64,000 nucleotides of DNA from Malacoraja senta (GCA_038087875.1 CM075988.1:4774001-4838000); one strand, 5' to 3'. Positions 12,390 to 24,490 are shown, counted from the first letter of the stretch. The notes: generated by a model not told the origin, from the letters alone. Translations and numbers: made by a program.

Positions 12390-13520
12390 GTTCATAAGTT
12401 AATCAGTCTTAGAAGCAGAATTAGGCCATTCGGCCCATCAAGACTACTCCGCCATTCAATCATGGCTGGTCTATCTTTCCCTGTAAACTCCATTCTTCTG
12501 CCCTCTTCCCATAACCTTTGACACCCTTGCTAATCAAGAATCTGTCAACCTCTGTTTTAAAAATATACAATTACTTGGCCTCTACAGCCTTCTGCTGCAA
12601 TGACTTCCCCAGATTCACCAATCTCTGACTAAAGAAATCTTCCTCATCTCCTTTCTAAAGGTACATCCTGATCTTAACCTAACGTTTGCCTTTGTGTGCT
12701 GTCTCCAGTCAGGAGAAGAATAATTTCTCCCATCTAAGATAGACACAAAATGCTGGAGTAACTCAACAGGACAGGCAGCACCACTGGAGAGAAGGGGTGG
12801 GTGCTGACCCATTCCTTCTATCTAGAGAGTCTGTCTATCTATCTAGAGAGACCCAAAACATCACCTATTCCTTCGCTCCTCACCCGCTGCGTTTCTCCAA
12901 CATTTTTGTCTACCTTCTATCCAGAGATGCTGACCCATTAAGGTCAGAAGGTCATAAGGTCATAAATGATAGGAGTAGATTTAGGCCATTCGGTCGATCA
13001 AGTCTACTCTGCCATTCAATTATGGCTGATCTATCTCTCCCTCCTAACCCCATTCTCCTGCCTTCTTCCCATAACATCTGACACGTGTATTAATCAAAAA
13101 TCTATCTATCTCTGCCTTTGAAATATCCAATGACTTGGCCTCCACAGCCTTCTGTGGCAATGACTTCCCCAGATTCACCAATCTCTGACTCAAGAAATCT
13201 TCCTCATCTCCTTTCTAAAGGTACATCCTTTTATTCTGAGGCTGTGCCCTCTGGTCCTGGACTCTCCCACTAGTGGAAACATCCTCTCCACATCCACTCT
13301 ATCCATGCCTTTCACCATTCAGTAAGTTTTCATGAGGTCTCCCCCTCATCCTTCCAAACTCCAGCGAGTACAGGCCCAGTGCCGTCAAACGCTCTTCATA
13401 AGTTAACCCGCTCATTCCAGGGATCATTCTTGTAATACTCCTCTGGACCCTCTCCAACGCCAGCGACATCCTTCCTCAGATACGGGGCCCAAAACTGCTC
13501 GCAATACTCCAAATGCAGAT
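12390..13520 (-). mobile_element. CR1 LINE 3' fragment containing an inverted copy of 10110-10614
   Basis: Reverse strand encodes CR1 C-terminal motifs; 12666-13160 is the reverse complement of 10110-10614. Confidence 0.85.
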
Positions 13521-14240
13521 CCACATCCACTCCATCCAGGCCGTTCAATATACTGTAGGTTTAAATCAGGTGCCCGTCATCCTTCGAAATTCAAGGAAGA
13601 GAAAAGATTGCTGCGGTTTTCTGGGAAAGAGTGTGCAGTGGTTTAAAGCTCTACCGAAGGAATAGCTCCCTTAAAAGCTGCATTATTCCACTCGATGCTT
13701 CTGTAGTTTTGTCAGGTAGCGCTCTCCAACCAAGCTATGAAAGTGAAATAAAGGTCCTTCTGCTTTGAAAGTTATTTAGGCTTTTAACTGAAATAAATGT
13801 GGGCAATTTGAGGCTGATTTCTTGATACTGAATTATACTGATCTGTCACAAATCCTGTGAGCCCCCAAGGTGCAAAGTGAGCCTTTCCTAGTGGTTCAGT
13901 AATTCAGTAATATGGTATTCAGGGAGTATATTACACCATTCCAAGCAAGCTCCACGCGCACTTAACCCATTCACTTGTGCCACGTGAGAACTCAGCAGAG
14001 GCAATGCGCTTGAGTAGAACTCGATCGAAGGGAGAAATATTTGTTCGGGAGAATGTGACATTTTTCACAGACAATGAGAAGAATAAAGAAGATTGAACGG
14101 CAAAGTGAAAGATTATGATGGGATTTCTGACAAAGAGCCGTGAATGATTATTTCCACTGGATTCTGAATCATTATGATTATGATGAGGATCACAATGAAA
14201 ATTCCCAATGGGTGAAAAAGAATAGGAAAGTAGATGAATA

Positions 14241-14522
14241 GGCACGGTGGCATAGCGGTAGAGTTGCTGCCTCACAGCGCCAGAGACCCTGGTTCGATCC
14301 TGTACGGAGTTTGTACATTCTTTCCATGACCTGCATGGGTTTTCTTACACACTGCAAAGATGCACAGGTTTGTAGGTTAATTGGTTTGGTATAAATGTAA
14401 AAAAATTGTCCCCCGCGTGTGTAGGATAGTTTTAGTATGCGGGGATCGCTGGTCGGTGCGAGGTCGACGGGCCAAAGGGCCTGTTTCTGCGCTGTATCTT
14501 TAAACTAAACCAAACTAAACTA
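14241..14522 (+). mobile_element. HE1-like SINE (internally deleted)
   Basis: GGCACGGTGGCATAGCGGTAGAGTTGCTGCC head and (AAACT)n tail. Confidence 0.85.
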
Positions 14523-15364
14523 TACTTCCCTTTTCCAGCTTTCTGCCCCCCTACTACAATCAGCTTGAAGAAAGGTCCCAACCCAAAATGTTGTCCATTC
14601 ATGTCTACCAGAGATGCTGCCTGATCCGTTGAGTTACTCCAACACTTTGCGGGTTTACCTTCGCCAATTTGAGCTTTCAAAAGCCCTTCTTTCTCCTGCA
14701 AAACACAAAACGCTGGAGTAACTCAGCGGGTGAGCGTGCATTTGTGTAAGGAATAGATTAAAAATGTTTCAGTTTGAGACAACTTCTTTTACAGATCTGA
14801 AACATCGCCTATCCATTCCCTACACAAATGTTGCTCCACTGACTTACTCCAACACTTTGTGTTTTGCAAAAATCCCCGTATCAATGAACAGAGGCCTTCT
14901 CCTCGCTGCGAGGCACAGCCTCCTTCTGCTGTACTAGTCCAAAGGGCAGTGAAGTCGTGGCCAGATTTTAGGCCCAGCAAGAAATAAGGCCATATTCTCT
15001 GGTCTTGTAACTACAGTTCAGTTGGGATGCTTTTCTTTGAATTAATCCCATCTGAGATCTGCTCTGTTTTATTTGTTTCTTGTAATACATTTCTAAGGCA
15101 AACCGAAAGGTGCATTAAAAATTGAGAATCTTCCCTGCTGGAGATTTTCAAACACATAATGCTTAATGTGTGGAAACGATAGTGAACTGGGGTAAAACTC
15201 TTAACCATAAAATTACACCAGAGTGGATTCAACATTTCCTCGCTGGATTCTTTAGGCTGATTTATGACCATTTATGTCTATTTTGCGTTTAGGAATCAGG
15301 GATGCTTGCCATTATTTATAATGGACCAATCCATCACAATTGTGACTGGGATTCACAGGCTTTT

Positions 15365-15692
15365 TAGTTAAGTTTAGTTTAGTTTAGAGATACAGCGTGG
15401 AAACAGGCCCTTCGGCCCATCGAGTCTGCATTCACCAGCGATCCATGGCCATTAATGCTATCCTACACATACAAGGGACAATTTTACAAATGTTGCCAAG
15501 CCAATTAACCTACAAACCTGTACATCATTGGAGTGTGGGAGGAAACCGGAGCACCCAGGGAAAACCCATGCAGGTCACTGGGGGAACGTACAAACTCCGT
15601 ACAGACAGCACCCGTAGCCAGGATTGAACCCAGGTCTCTTGCACTGTAAGTGCTGTAAGGCAGCAACTCTACCGCTGCGCCACCATGCTGCC
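15365..15692 (-). mobile_element. HE1-like SINE
   Basis: Standard tail and head in reverse. Confidence 0.85.
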
Positions 15693-16563
15693 CCCTTTTG
15701 TTCACCAACAAATCTCCAGGCTAGAATTTGCTTCCTTGGAACACTTCTCAGGCTGAGACAGGATTACAGAGTTTCATGAAATATAGGAATAGAACAGTAC
15801 AGGGTCAGGCCCTTCGGCCCACAATGTCCACGCTGAACATTAATTTCAATTCAAATCAATAATTCAATTATACTTTATTGTCACATGTACCTAGGTATAG
15901 CAGAATTCTTTGTTTTTGCTTACAATCCAGTAAAATCATACAGCAGAATTCACCGTTAATCAGAATGGCAAGTTAAACTGAAGATAGACTCAAGATGCTG
16001 GAGTAACTCAGCGGGTGAGGCAGAATCTCTGGAGGAAAAGGATAGGTGACAATTTAGGTTGGAACCCTTCTTTAAACTAATCTCCCCGGCCTGCACATAA
16101 TCCATACCCCTCCATTCCCTGCATATCCATGTCCCTATCTAAAAGCCTCTTAAATGCCGCTGCTGTATCTGCCTCCACCACCACAACTGGCAGCGTGATC
16201 CAGGCCCCCACCTCCCTCTGTGTAGAGAACTTGCCCCACACATCTGCCTTAAACTTTGCCCCTCTCATCGGGAAGAAGGTACAGGAGCCTGACAAGTGTA
16301 ACGTCCAGGTTCAGGAACAGTTTCTTCCCTACAGACATTAGGCAATTTTACTTCGGAGTCACGTCAGTGACTACGTGAAGGAGGGACGTCATTCCGTATG
16401 CGCGTCATTACGTCTGAAGGATGCGGCAACGACTGACTGGCAGGTGCGCTGCGTCCTTCCAGCGGTAAGTTTTAAAAACTGCAGGTAAGTGTTTCCAAAA
16501 ACTACTCTGCAGTCGTTTTGGCGGGTTCGTTAAACCTTGTTTTTTCAACAAGTTGGACCCAGC

Positions 16564-17802
16564 TATGTCCAAAGTGAGGATACGGTCTGCGGGGAAGCCG
16601 GCTACCGAAGACCGCGGTAATGCGGGTAGCGGGCGACTGTCTGTGTCACCGACCTTGTCGCTGGTGGTGGAGCCGGCGACAGCAGACCTGGTGCCCGAGG
16701 AAAGCACCGTGGCGGTCCCGCAGGGGCGCAAGGCCACACGAAAATCCGCAAGGCCCGTAGACTCAGATGAGTCGGGCCAGGAGGGATCCCCTCCTTCGTT
16801 GGGAAGCGTCCACTGGTGACTTACCCACATGGAGCACCTAATGGAGAGGTGGCTCGAGAGTGATCTGCTCCGTAGGAGGGAGCAGTATAAACACGGTTCT
16901 CCGCAGCAGCCCGCGCCAGCGACTTCATACATGGGTCTGCAACGTGTCTCCCTCGCTGGAGGGGGGAGTACACCGGGTCAGTTTTTGACTGACTCCGAGT
17001 TTGGAGGCACAGTGGGTGAGCATTCCAGGGGCACGGGTCTGAAGTGCCACTATTGGCATCCAGATTTGCCATATCCTCACCATTAGGAGCACCCCTGGAT
17101 GAAGACCTGGCCAACAATATCAATTATTTGGCCTCTCACCAACTAAAAGAATTAACTATGGAAGAAACCACCAACAGGTACCCCTCTCCTGCAAACTGTG
17201 CCTCCCTCAATGTGCCGGCCGTGAACCACTCCATCTGGGGTCACATTGGAGCGGGTGTCAGAGCCCAGGAAGTAAAGCTCCAGAAAGTCCTGAAGTTACT
17301 GGCCTCTGGCATAACGGCCTTTGCAAGATCAGTAGATGGGGAACTACTGACCGATACTCAACAAGACGCAGTGGCATTACTCTGTAATGCTCACTTTGAA
17401 ATAAATTGCCTGCGCAAGAACGCAATCCGGCCGGCGCTAAACCCCAAGTTTGCTGTGCTGTGCAAGGCCAGCAACGTCCAGCCGGCCAATTATCTATTTG
17501 GGGAAGATCTGCCAAAGCAGGTCCGGGAGCTGGACGATGAGGCGAAGACCATCCGCCTCATGAGTAGAGCCCAAACCACACCCAGGGGCTCATCATACCG
17601 GACTCACCCCTACGCACCCTACAGTACCAGGCGACACCAGCCTAGGGGCACCGGAACTGGTGGAAGACCCAAACTGGAGCCATCGAGGTCTTTTTTAGGG
17701 GTGGGCCCCAGCCGACCCACGGCAAGGATGTGCAGGGGCCACCCACCACCAGCTCTATTTCCGAAGCCTCACGAACGGAAGTCAGCACCACACCGCCAGT
17801 AA
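16564..17802 (+). pseudogene. DIRS ORF1 (gag-like), disrupted
   Basis: ATG at ~16564, in-frame stop at 16817-16819, frameshift near 17040. C-terminal part P.NC.SL.VP.VN.SIW..YLFGEDL is typical of DIRS gag. Confidence 0.75.
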
Positions 17803-19716
17803 CAACTGAGGTAGGTCTACCTAGTTCCTTGTGGAACACCTTACACATGCCCCACGCACCGGTTGGGGGAAGGTTGCAACATTTCTTGAATGAATGGTGT
17901 TGGGTCACAGCGGATCTGTTTATACTGCACAGTATACGAGGGTTCAAAATTGAGTTCATTATTGACTCATTACCACCCACACAACATTCACCTAACCGCA
18001 CAAATGTGTTTTCACACCAGGAGAGTTTGGATATACAAGCTGAAATCCAAATTATATCCAATAAAGAGGTCATTGAGAGGTCGCATCCAGAACCTCACCA
18101 ATTTGTATCCAATATTTTCACCAAGCAGAAAAAGGATGAAGGAGTTCGTATTATCCTAGACTTGACTGAACTCAACTCTTTTGTGCAGTATAAACATTTC
18201 AAAATGGATAATTTTGGCACTGCAATCCAAATGATTTCTGAAGGTGGCTATATGGCATGCATCGACCTAAAAGATGCATACTACACGGTACCTATTCACA
18301 GGGAGCACAGGAGATATTTGAAATTTAACTGGATGGGTCAATTATGGCAGTTCAAAGCATTGCCCAATGGGCTGACTTCAGCTCCCAGACTATTTACCAA
18401 ACTACTGAAACCCATTCTGGGGCTATTACGAGCTCAGAGCCACATGGTCATGGCATATTTGGATGACATCCTCATTTTCGGGGTCACCGAGCTATCGGCA
18501 GAATCATCTGTCTCAACCACCAAACTCATGTTTGAAAGATTGGGCTTTCTCATTCATCCAGTTAAGTCCATGTTGACACCTACCAGGGTTATGGATTACC
18601 TGGGGTTTACAATTAACTCAATCCACATGTCCGTGACTCTGCCTAGGGGCAAACAATTAGAGTTAACCAAAGCTTGTAATGACCTTATTGTGAAACAAAA
18701 GCCATCAATTAGACAATCAGCAAGTGTAATTGGCAAACTAGTGGCAGCATTTCCAGCAGTGCGTTACGGACCTTTGCACTATCAAAATTTACAACGTGCA
18801 AAGGAACAGGCACTCAGATCCCACGCTGGCCAATACGGTAGACCAATGCGATTGCCAGCCGAGGCCATTGCTGAACTACAATGGTGGATGACGAATATAC
18901 GTCATAGCTCCAGGGATATTTTGCTGGATACTCCATCGGTCGTCTTACAAAGCGATGCAAGCGGCCTAGGATGGGGAGCAACTGATACCATCTCCAGCTG
19001 TGGTGGGAGGTGGAATGAGCAGGAGTCCTTAATTCTTCAGCAATGAGGTATTAACTACTTAGAGTTGTTGGGGGATCACTATGGGCTGAAGGCTTATTGC
19101 AGCACTATGCAACATGTGCATGTTCAGCTCGAGATTGACAACACTACCACGGTGGCATATATTAATCACATGGGTGGTGTTGAGTCTGTGTCTTGTGATA
19201 GATTGGCAAATCTTATTTGGCACTGGTGTATGGCGATGGACATTTCGGTCTCAGCTGTCTACCTACCAGGTAGATACAACACGGTGGCGGACAACAGATC
19301 ATGCATTTTCAACGACAACACAGAATGGATGCTGAATCGTGCAGTATTTAACGATATAATCACCCGGTATGGCATCCCGGATATTGATCTGTTCGCATCC
19401 AGATTAAATCACCAATTACCCAAATATGTGTCCTGGGAGCCAGACCCAGGGGCAGTGGCAGTAGATGCGTTTTCGCTACACTGGGGAGGATTTTCCCCCA
19501 TTTTGCCTCATCGGCCGATGCTTGGCAAAAATCAAGCAAGACAATGCCACTGGCATTTTGGTAGTGCCTGACTGGCCTACACAGTCTTGGTTTCCACAAG
19601 TCCTGGGAATGATTACACAGCCTTTCCCCATGAGCAGGGAACTACTCATTCACCCAGTAACGGGGAGCAACCATCCACTTCATGACCGAATCAATTTATT
19701 GGTTTGCAGATTCTGA
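17730..19716 (+). pseudogene. DIRS pol: reverse transcriptase, RNase H and methyltransferase-like domain
   Basis: VGGRL, IDLKDAYY, LPNGLTSAPRLFTK, YLDD, SDASGLGWG, DNTTTVAYINHMGG, IDLFASRLN, PPF..PDWPTQSW. One in-frame TGA at 19044-19046 and a frameshift near 19490. Confidence 0.92.
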
Positions 19717-19754
19717 GGAGACCATAACTGGGGCTCGGACTGTCTAAACGAACT

Positions 19755-20685
19755 GTGGATGTGATAACAGCGGCCTGGAGGGACAGTGCACAAAAACAGT
19801 ACGTCTCTCACATCAAGAAGTGGGAGATGTTCTGTTCTGTCTCAAATATCTCGTATGATACAGCACGCATCACGGATGTCCTGGAGTTTCTATCTGCCCT
19901 GTACTATGACCAAAAACTGAGCTACAGTGCCATCAATAGTGCCAGAAGTGCACTATCCTCCTATTTAATGCTGGGGTCAGGGCACCAGACGTTAGGGACG
20001 CACCCTTTAATAACTAGGTTCATGAAGGGCATTTTTAATTCCATACCACCAAGTCCCCGGTACACGTACATTTGGGACGTGAGCGTGGTGCTTACACTGC
20101 TTCGCCAGGGGCACCAGCTCCCTCCCTACCCTTATCTAAGCTCACCCTTAAGGTGGTCATGCTGATGGCGCTGGTAACTGCGCAACGAGTCCAGACGTTG
20201 CACAAGCTGCACCTTGACTTCATGACCACCAATGTAAATTTAATAACCTTTTTCATAGAGGGCTTGATCAAACAGAGCAGGCCAGGGGTGCCAGGGCTCG
20301 AGCTAGAGTTCCTGGCATACCCCGAGGATCCACGGTTGTGTGTCATATCACATATACACCATTACATAGAGTCACCAAGGGCCTCAGAGGCTCTGAGCTA
20401 TCGGTCCTAATCAGTTATAAAAAGCCTCACCACAAGGTATCAGCACAAACCATTTCCAGATGGTTAAAGGAGGTACTGACGAGTGCAGGAGTGAACATTG
20501 ACACTTTAAAATCTCACTCCACCAGGGCTGCATCTACGTCGGCAGCGAGAGCAATGGACGTTCCCCTCGATAACATCCTAGCGGCTGCAGGATGGGCCAA
20601 TGAACGGATGTTCCACCGGTTTTACAACAAACCTATTGCCGGACCAGGGGTGTTTGCACGTACCATTTTAAATTCTGTTTTGTAG
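19755..20685 (+). pseudogene. DIRS tyrosine recombinase, frameshifted
   Basis: SYSAINSARSALS, AQRVQTL, HSTRAASTS..AAGW..F.RFY motifs spread over three frames. Confidence 0.9.
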
Positions 20686-20866
20686 TTTCCCCCCAGGATG
20701 GGAGGGGTTACTATTATTATTTTTTCTTTTTCATATTAAAGCATCAGTTTTATTACCTAACTAAAGTTATGCCTGAACGCTTTACCTTTTCACTCGTCCA
20801 TGGTCAATCCATTCAGTGTGTGACGCCTGGACTCGTATACAGCGTGAAGTCACAGAGCTTTAAAAT

Positions 20867-20978
20867 CTTCACGTAGTCACTCACGTGACTCCGAAGTAAA
20901 ATAGTAAGATTAAACGAGAACTTACCAGTTTGAAGATTGATCTTGATTTTAAGAGGAGTTACGTTGAGCGATTACGTG
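20867..20978 (+). repeat. DIRS internal complementary region (ICR)
   Basis: CTTCACGTAGTCAC..CCGAAGTAAAAT is the reverse complement of the left end; TAGTAAGAT..ATTACGTG is the reverse complement of the right end. Confidence 0.9.
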
Positions 20979-21331
20979 CCCACCGCTCCCTCCCTCATAT
21001 TACCAAGGTCATCTGGTAGTTTCTAGTTCTCAATCTTACTACCTTCAGGTCATTTCTCTTTTCTGTGATTTCACACCGCTGCTTTGAAGAATGACGTCCA
21101 TGCGGACTGACGTCCCTTCTTCACGTAATCGCTCATCGTAACTCTTCATAAAATCAAGATCAAACTTCAAACTGGTAAGTTCTCATTGAATCTTACTATT
21201 AAACACTGCACTCTCCAAATAAGTACTGAACTACATAGACTATTAATAAACTATTATTGTTATTATTGTACTATTATTGTTTGTTGTTTTTTACGTGTAC
21301 ATATGGGTGTGTATATACACATGTGTATATA

Positions 21332-22406
21332 TCTATTATAATACTAAAACTCTGTCTTGTTTGGGGCTGTGTGTGTGTCAATCTGGTTAATTTTCCTATT
21401 TTCTTCCAAATGCTGGGCCACAGCCTTCCCATTTTCACACATTACACTCACATTTTTCCCATCGAGGCGATAAACATCTTCGCATCGCATTCCCACCTAT
21501 ATTTCCAAACTTTTTAATCGTTTAAAGTTTTTAAAACAGCCTAAAAACTCACCCATTTTGGAAAAAAAAAACGTGACGTCACAATGCACTTGCAAGGCAG
21601 GACGGGACACTCCGTGGGGGGGGAGGGGCACTCCACCGCTCACGGTGAACGAGGAGTGGCGGTGGCTGCTCGCCGCCCGGTGCCCTGCGGCCGGCCAGTG
21701 CCTCGTGGGGAGGCTGCTGCCGCGGGCCGAACCCAGCGGTTGGGCCAGGGCTGGAGCCGAGGCTGGAGCTGGAGTGAGGGCCGAGTCCGGGGCTTGGGAT
21801 GGGGCCGTGACCTGGGCCGAGAAAGAAGCCGCCGGTGGAACCAAGGATGAGCCTGAGTCCGGGGTCAGGGAAGGTGAAGTCGAAACCTGCACTGGAACCC
21901 GGGCAGCGGCCGAGCTGACGGTTGGAGGCTGCTGCTGGAACCAAGGACAAGCCTGGGTCTACAGCCAGGGCTGGGTCGAGTACGAGAACCAGGCCGAGTT
22001 CCAGGCCCTGACGCTGCTCTACGACCTGGGTAGGTCCTGGGGCAGGGAATGGGGTGAGGGGAGGAGGATGAGGGAAATGAGGAGGAGGGAGATGGGGTAG
22101 GGTCGTTATCCCCCTCCCTCTCTGCCCCTCTCCCTCTCTACCCCCTTCCCCTCCCTCTACCCTCCCTCTCTACTCCCCTCCCTTTCCCTCTCGACCCGCT
22201 CCCCATCCCTCTCTACCCTCTCCGGCTCCCTCTCTACCCCCTCCTCCCTCCTCCTCCCTCTCTACCCCCTCCCTCTCTGCCGCCCCTCCCTCTCTATTGA
22301 AACCTATGGTGGAATATTGCGTTCGTAGACCAGCCCTCCACTGTGACGCCGCGCGCACCCCCCCCCCCCCCCCCCACCCGGTTCCACTTGGTTCCACTTG
22401 GTCGAG
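21332..22406 (+). mobile_element. Non-autonomous Helitron-like element H1 with captured gene fragment(s)
   Basis: A|TCTATTATAATACTAAAACTCTGTCTTG start; CACTTGGTCGAG|T end (CTAG variant); inserted in a (TA)n tract. Shares CTAAAACTCTG and the exact 17-mer TGGTGGAATATTGCGTT (22307-22323) with H2. The 3' hairpin is degenerate. Confidence 0.75.
21951..22029 (+). pseudogene. SAC3D1: Captured 3' end of an exon resembling SAC3D1 (SAC3/GANP domain), with donor GTAGGT
   Basis: AWVYSQGWVEYENQAEFQALTLLYDL(G): strongly GC3-biased codons, followed by G|GTAGGT. Resembles the recalled vertebrate SAC3D1 motif Y..G....Q..FQ.L.LLY.LG. Confidence 0.55.
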
Positions 22407-22539
22407 TATATATATATATATGTATATGTGTGTGTGTGTGTGTGTATATAAATGCTAATATGTACATATACAATATACAGTATATATGTATATGTGGGTA
22501 TGTGTATATATAGACACACTGATTTTTTTTTCCTTTTTA

Positions 22540-22837
22540 AAAAAAATAATTATTTATTAGAAGTACATTACATTACAACCACATACATTAGTACTCGTCA
22601 CTTATGTCTTCTTACAATTAATGTACTCCATTTGTTTTTTACACTAGAAAAGGAAAAGATTGAAAGAAAGAAGAAAGTGAAGGAAAAAGTGAGAGTGTAG
22701 AAAATGTGACAACAAAAAAGGACGAAGACCCTATAAGAACAAAATTAAAAACAAAAGAAAAAGAGTTAAGAAATAGACCCTAGAAAAGAAAGAGAAAGAG
22801 AAAGAAGAAAAAGAGAGAAACAAATATTTTTATGAGC
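22540..22837 (-). mobile_element. 5'-truncated L1 (3' UTR only), same family as 38860-45178
   Basis: Near-identical to 38880-39178; flanked by a TTTTTTCCTTTTT direct repeat. Confidence 0.85.
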
Positions 22838-23319
22838 TTTTTTCCTTTTTATTATATCGTTTACAGTGTACTATGTTTACATATTTTGTTGTGCTGCTTC
22901 AGGTAAGAATTTAAATGTTGACTTATGACAATAAAACACTCTTGACTCTCTTAAAGCTATGCCCTCTGGTCTGATATTTCCACTGGGAAAAAGATTCTGA
23001 CTCTCCCCTATCTATGCCTCTCATAGATTTATATACTTCTATCAGATCTCCCCTCAGCCACTGTTTAAACATAGCACATACTCTTATTAGTTTTAGGGAC
23101 ATGTTGAAAAATATAACGGCCTGGGAAATGTGTGGGGCTATTTGTTTTTGTTTGCAGAGAAGCTGCAGAGGAGTTGCTTTGTGTGTTATTAACTGTAGCT
23201 CAGCAGATAACCATTGCTCATCAGGGCAAAATTATATTTTAATACATTCTTGTGAATAGGTGCATGTAAAGCACATGCAGGTATCGAAGAAAGTTGGTGA
23301 AAGGATGACAAATGGGCAG

Positions 23320-23605
23320 TATGGTGTTGCTGAGGTAGTGTTGCTGCCTCATAGCGCCAGAGACCCGGGTTCAATCCTGACTACGGGTGCTGTCTGTACG
23401 GAGTTTGTACCTTTTCCCCATGACCTGCGTGGGTTTTCTCCGGATGCTCTGGTTTCCTTCCACACCCCCAGTACGTACAGGTTGATAGATTGATTGGCTT
23501 TGGTAAAATTAGAAATTGTCCCTAGTTTGTAGGATAGTGATAGTGTACGGTTAGACGTGTACTTGGTAGCCGAAGGACATGTTTTGCGGTGTATCTCTAA
23601 AGTCC
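23320..23605 (+). mobile_element. HE1-like SINE
   Basis: GTTGCTGCCTCATAGCGCCAGAGACCCGGGTTCAATCC and GTATCTCTAAA tail. Confidence 0.8.
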
Positions 23606-24202
23606 AAAGTCTTATGTGGACTTCAGCAACGCTTTTGACAAAGTACCACTTCTGGTTCAGAAGGTTAGTGCACATGGGCTCCAAGGCATGTTGGCAAATC
23701 GCATTCAGTGTTGGCTTTTGGATTGGAAACCAAGGTTCATGTTCAAGTTCCAGTTACATTTATTGTCACTGCACCAATTGGTTTAGTGAGATTTGGGTTA
23801 CCATACAGCCATACGCATAAAAAGAACACAACACACGATAGAATTTAACATGAACATCCCCACACAGTGGAATTAACGTTTCCCACTGTGAGGGAAGGCA
23901 ATACAGCTCTTTGTTCAATGGTATGAAGCTCTGATGGCATTTACTGGCTGGTGGGCTGAAGGGGCTATTTCTATTCTGATGCCCCTGATATTCTGTAAAC
24001 CTGGAATTCAGCACCATTGTCCATGTTTGAGATCTGGGCCTGTGTGGTTCAAAAGAAAGAAGGAACTGCAGATGCTGGTTTTGCGAAAAGAAGACACAAA
24101 GTGCTGGAGTAACTGAATGGGTCAGGTAGCATCTCTGAAGAACATATTACAAGAACAACAGTGTCATGCACATTTTGTGGATAGGGAAGCAGGGTTAGTG
24201 TT

Positions 24203-24490
24203 TCAAGTCAAGTCAAGTCAAGTCAATTTTATTTCTATATCACATTTAAAAAATAACTTTCGTTGTAAAGTGCTTTACATTAGTGCAGGTACTAACTTGC
24301 TACAAACAGTGGTACATAGATCAATAATACATACATAAATACATACATACAGCGCTCCCTCAGAGGACCTCAAGAAAGGCTTGAGAGTAGAAATAAGTTT
24401 TAAGTCTCGACTTAAAAGAGTTGATGGAGGGGGCAGTTCTGATGGGAAGAGGGATGCTGTTCCATAGTCTAGGTGTAGCAACTGCAGGTT
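24203..24490 (-). mobile_element. L2 LINE 3' end
   Basis: Reverse encodes ATPRLWNSIPLPIRTAPSINSFKSRLKTYFYSQAF; (TTGAC)n tail. Confidence 0.85.

Larger units (their letters stand above)
16345..21200 (+). mobile_element. Full-length DIRS1-type tyrosine-recombinase retrotransposon (mutated)
   Basis: gag, RT/RNaseH/MT and YR ORFs. Left terminus 16345-16409 is inverted relative to 21090-21127; ICR 20867-20978 is complementary to both ends; ATT at both junctions. Confidence 0.95.
16266..22950 (+). mobile_element. Rex1/Babar-type LINE 3' end split by DIRS, Helitron and L1 insertions
   Basis: 16268-16344 encodes SGRRYRSLTSVTSRFRNSFFPTDIR. It continues at ~21200 (TTAAACACTGCA), and the 3' UTR ends GACAATAAAACACTCTTGACTCT at ~22950. 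Confidence 0.7.

Noticed and set aside
13931..14275. ORF or exon candidates on either strand
   Set aside because: No convincing splice-site pair or recognisable homology; the listed ORF starts in a SINE.
21558..22100. 180-aa ORF as an intact single-exon gene
   Set aside because: Non-ATG start inside the Helitron 5' module, and it reads through a splice donor. Only the last ~26 codons before the donor look like real coding sequence.
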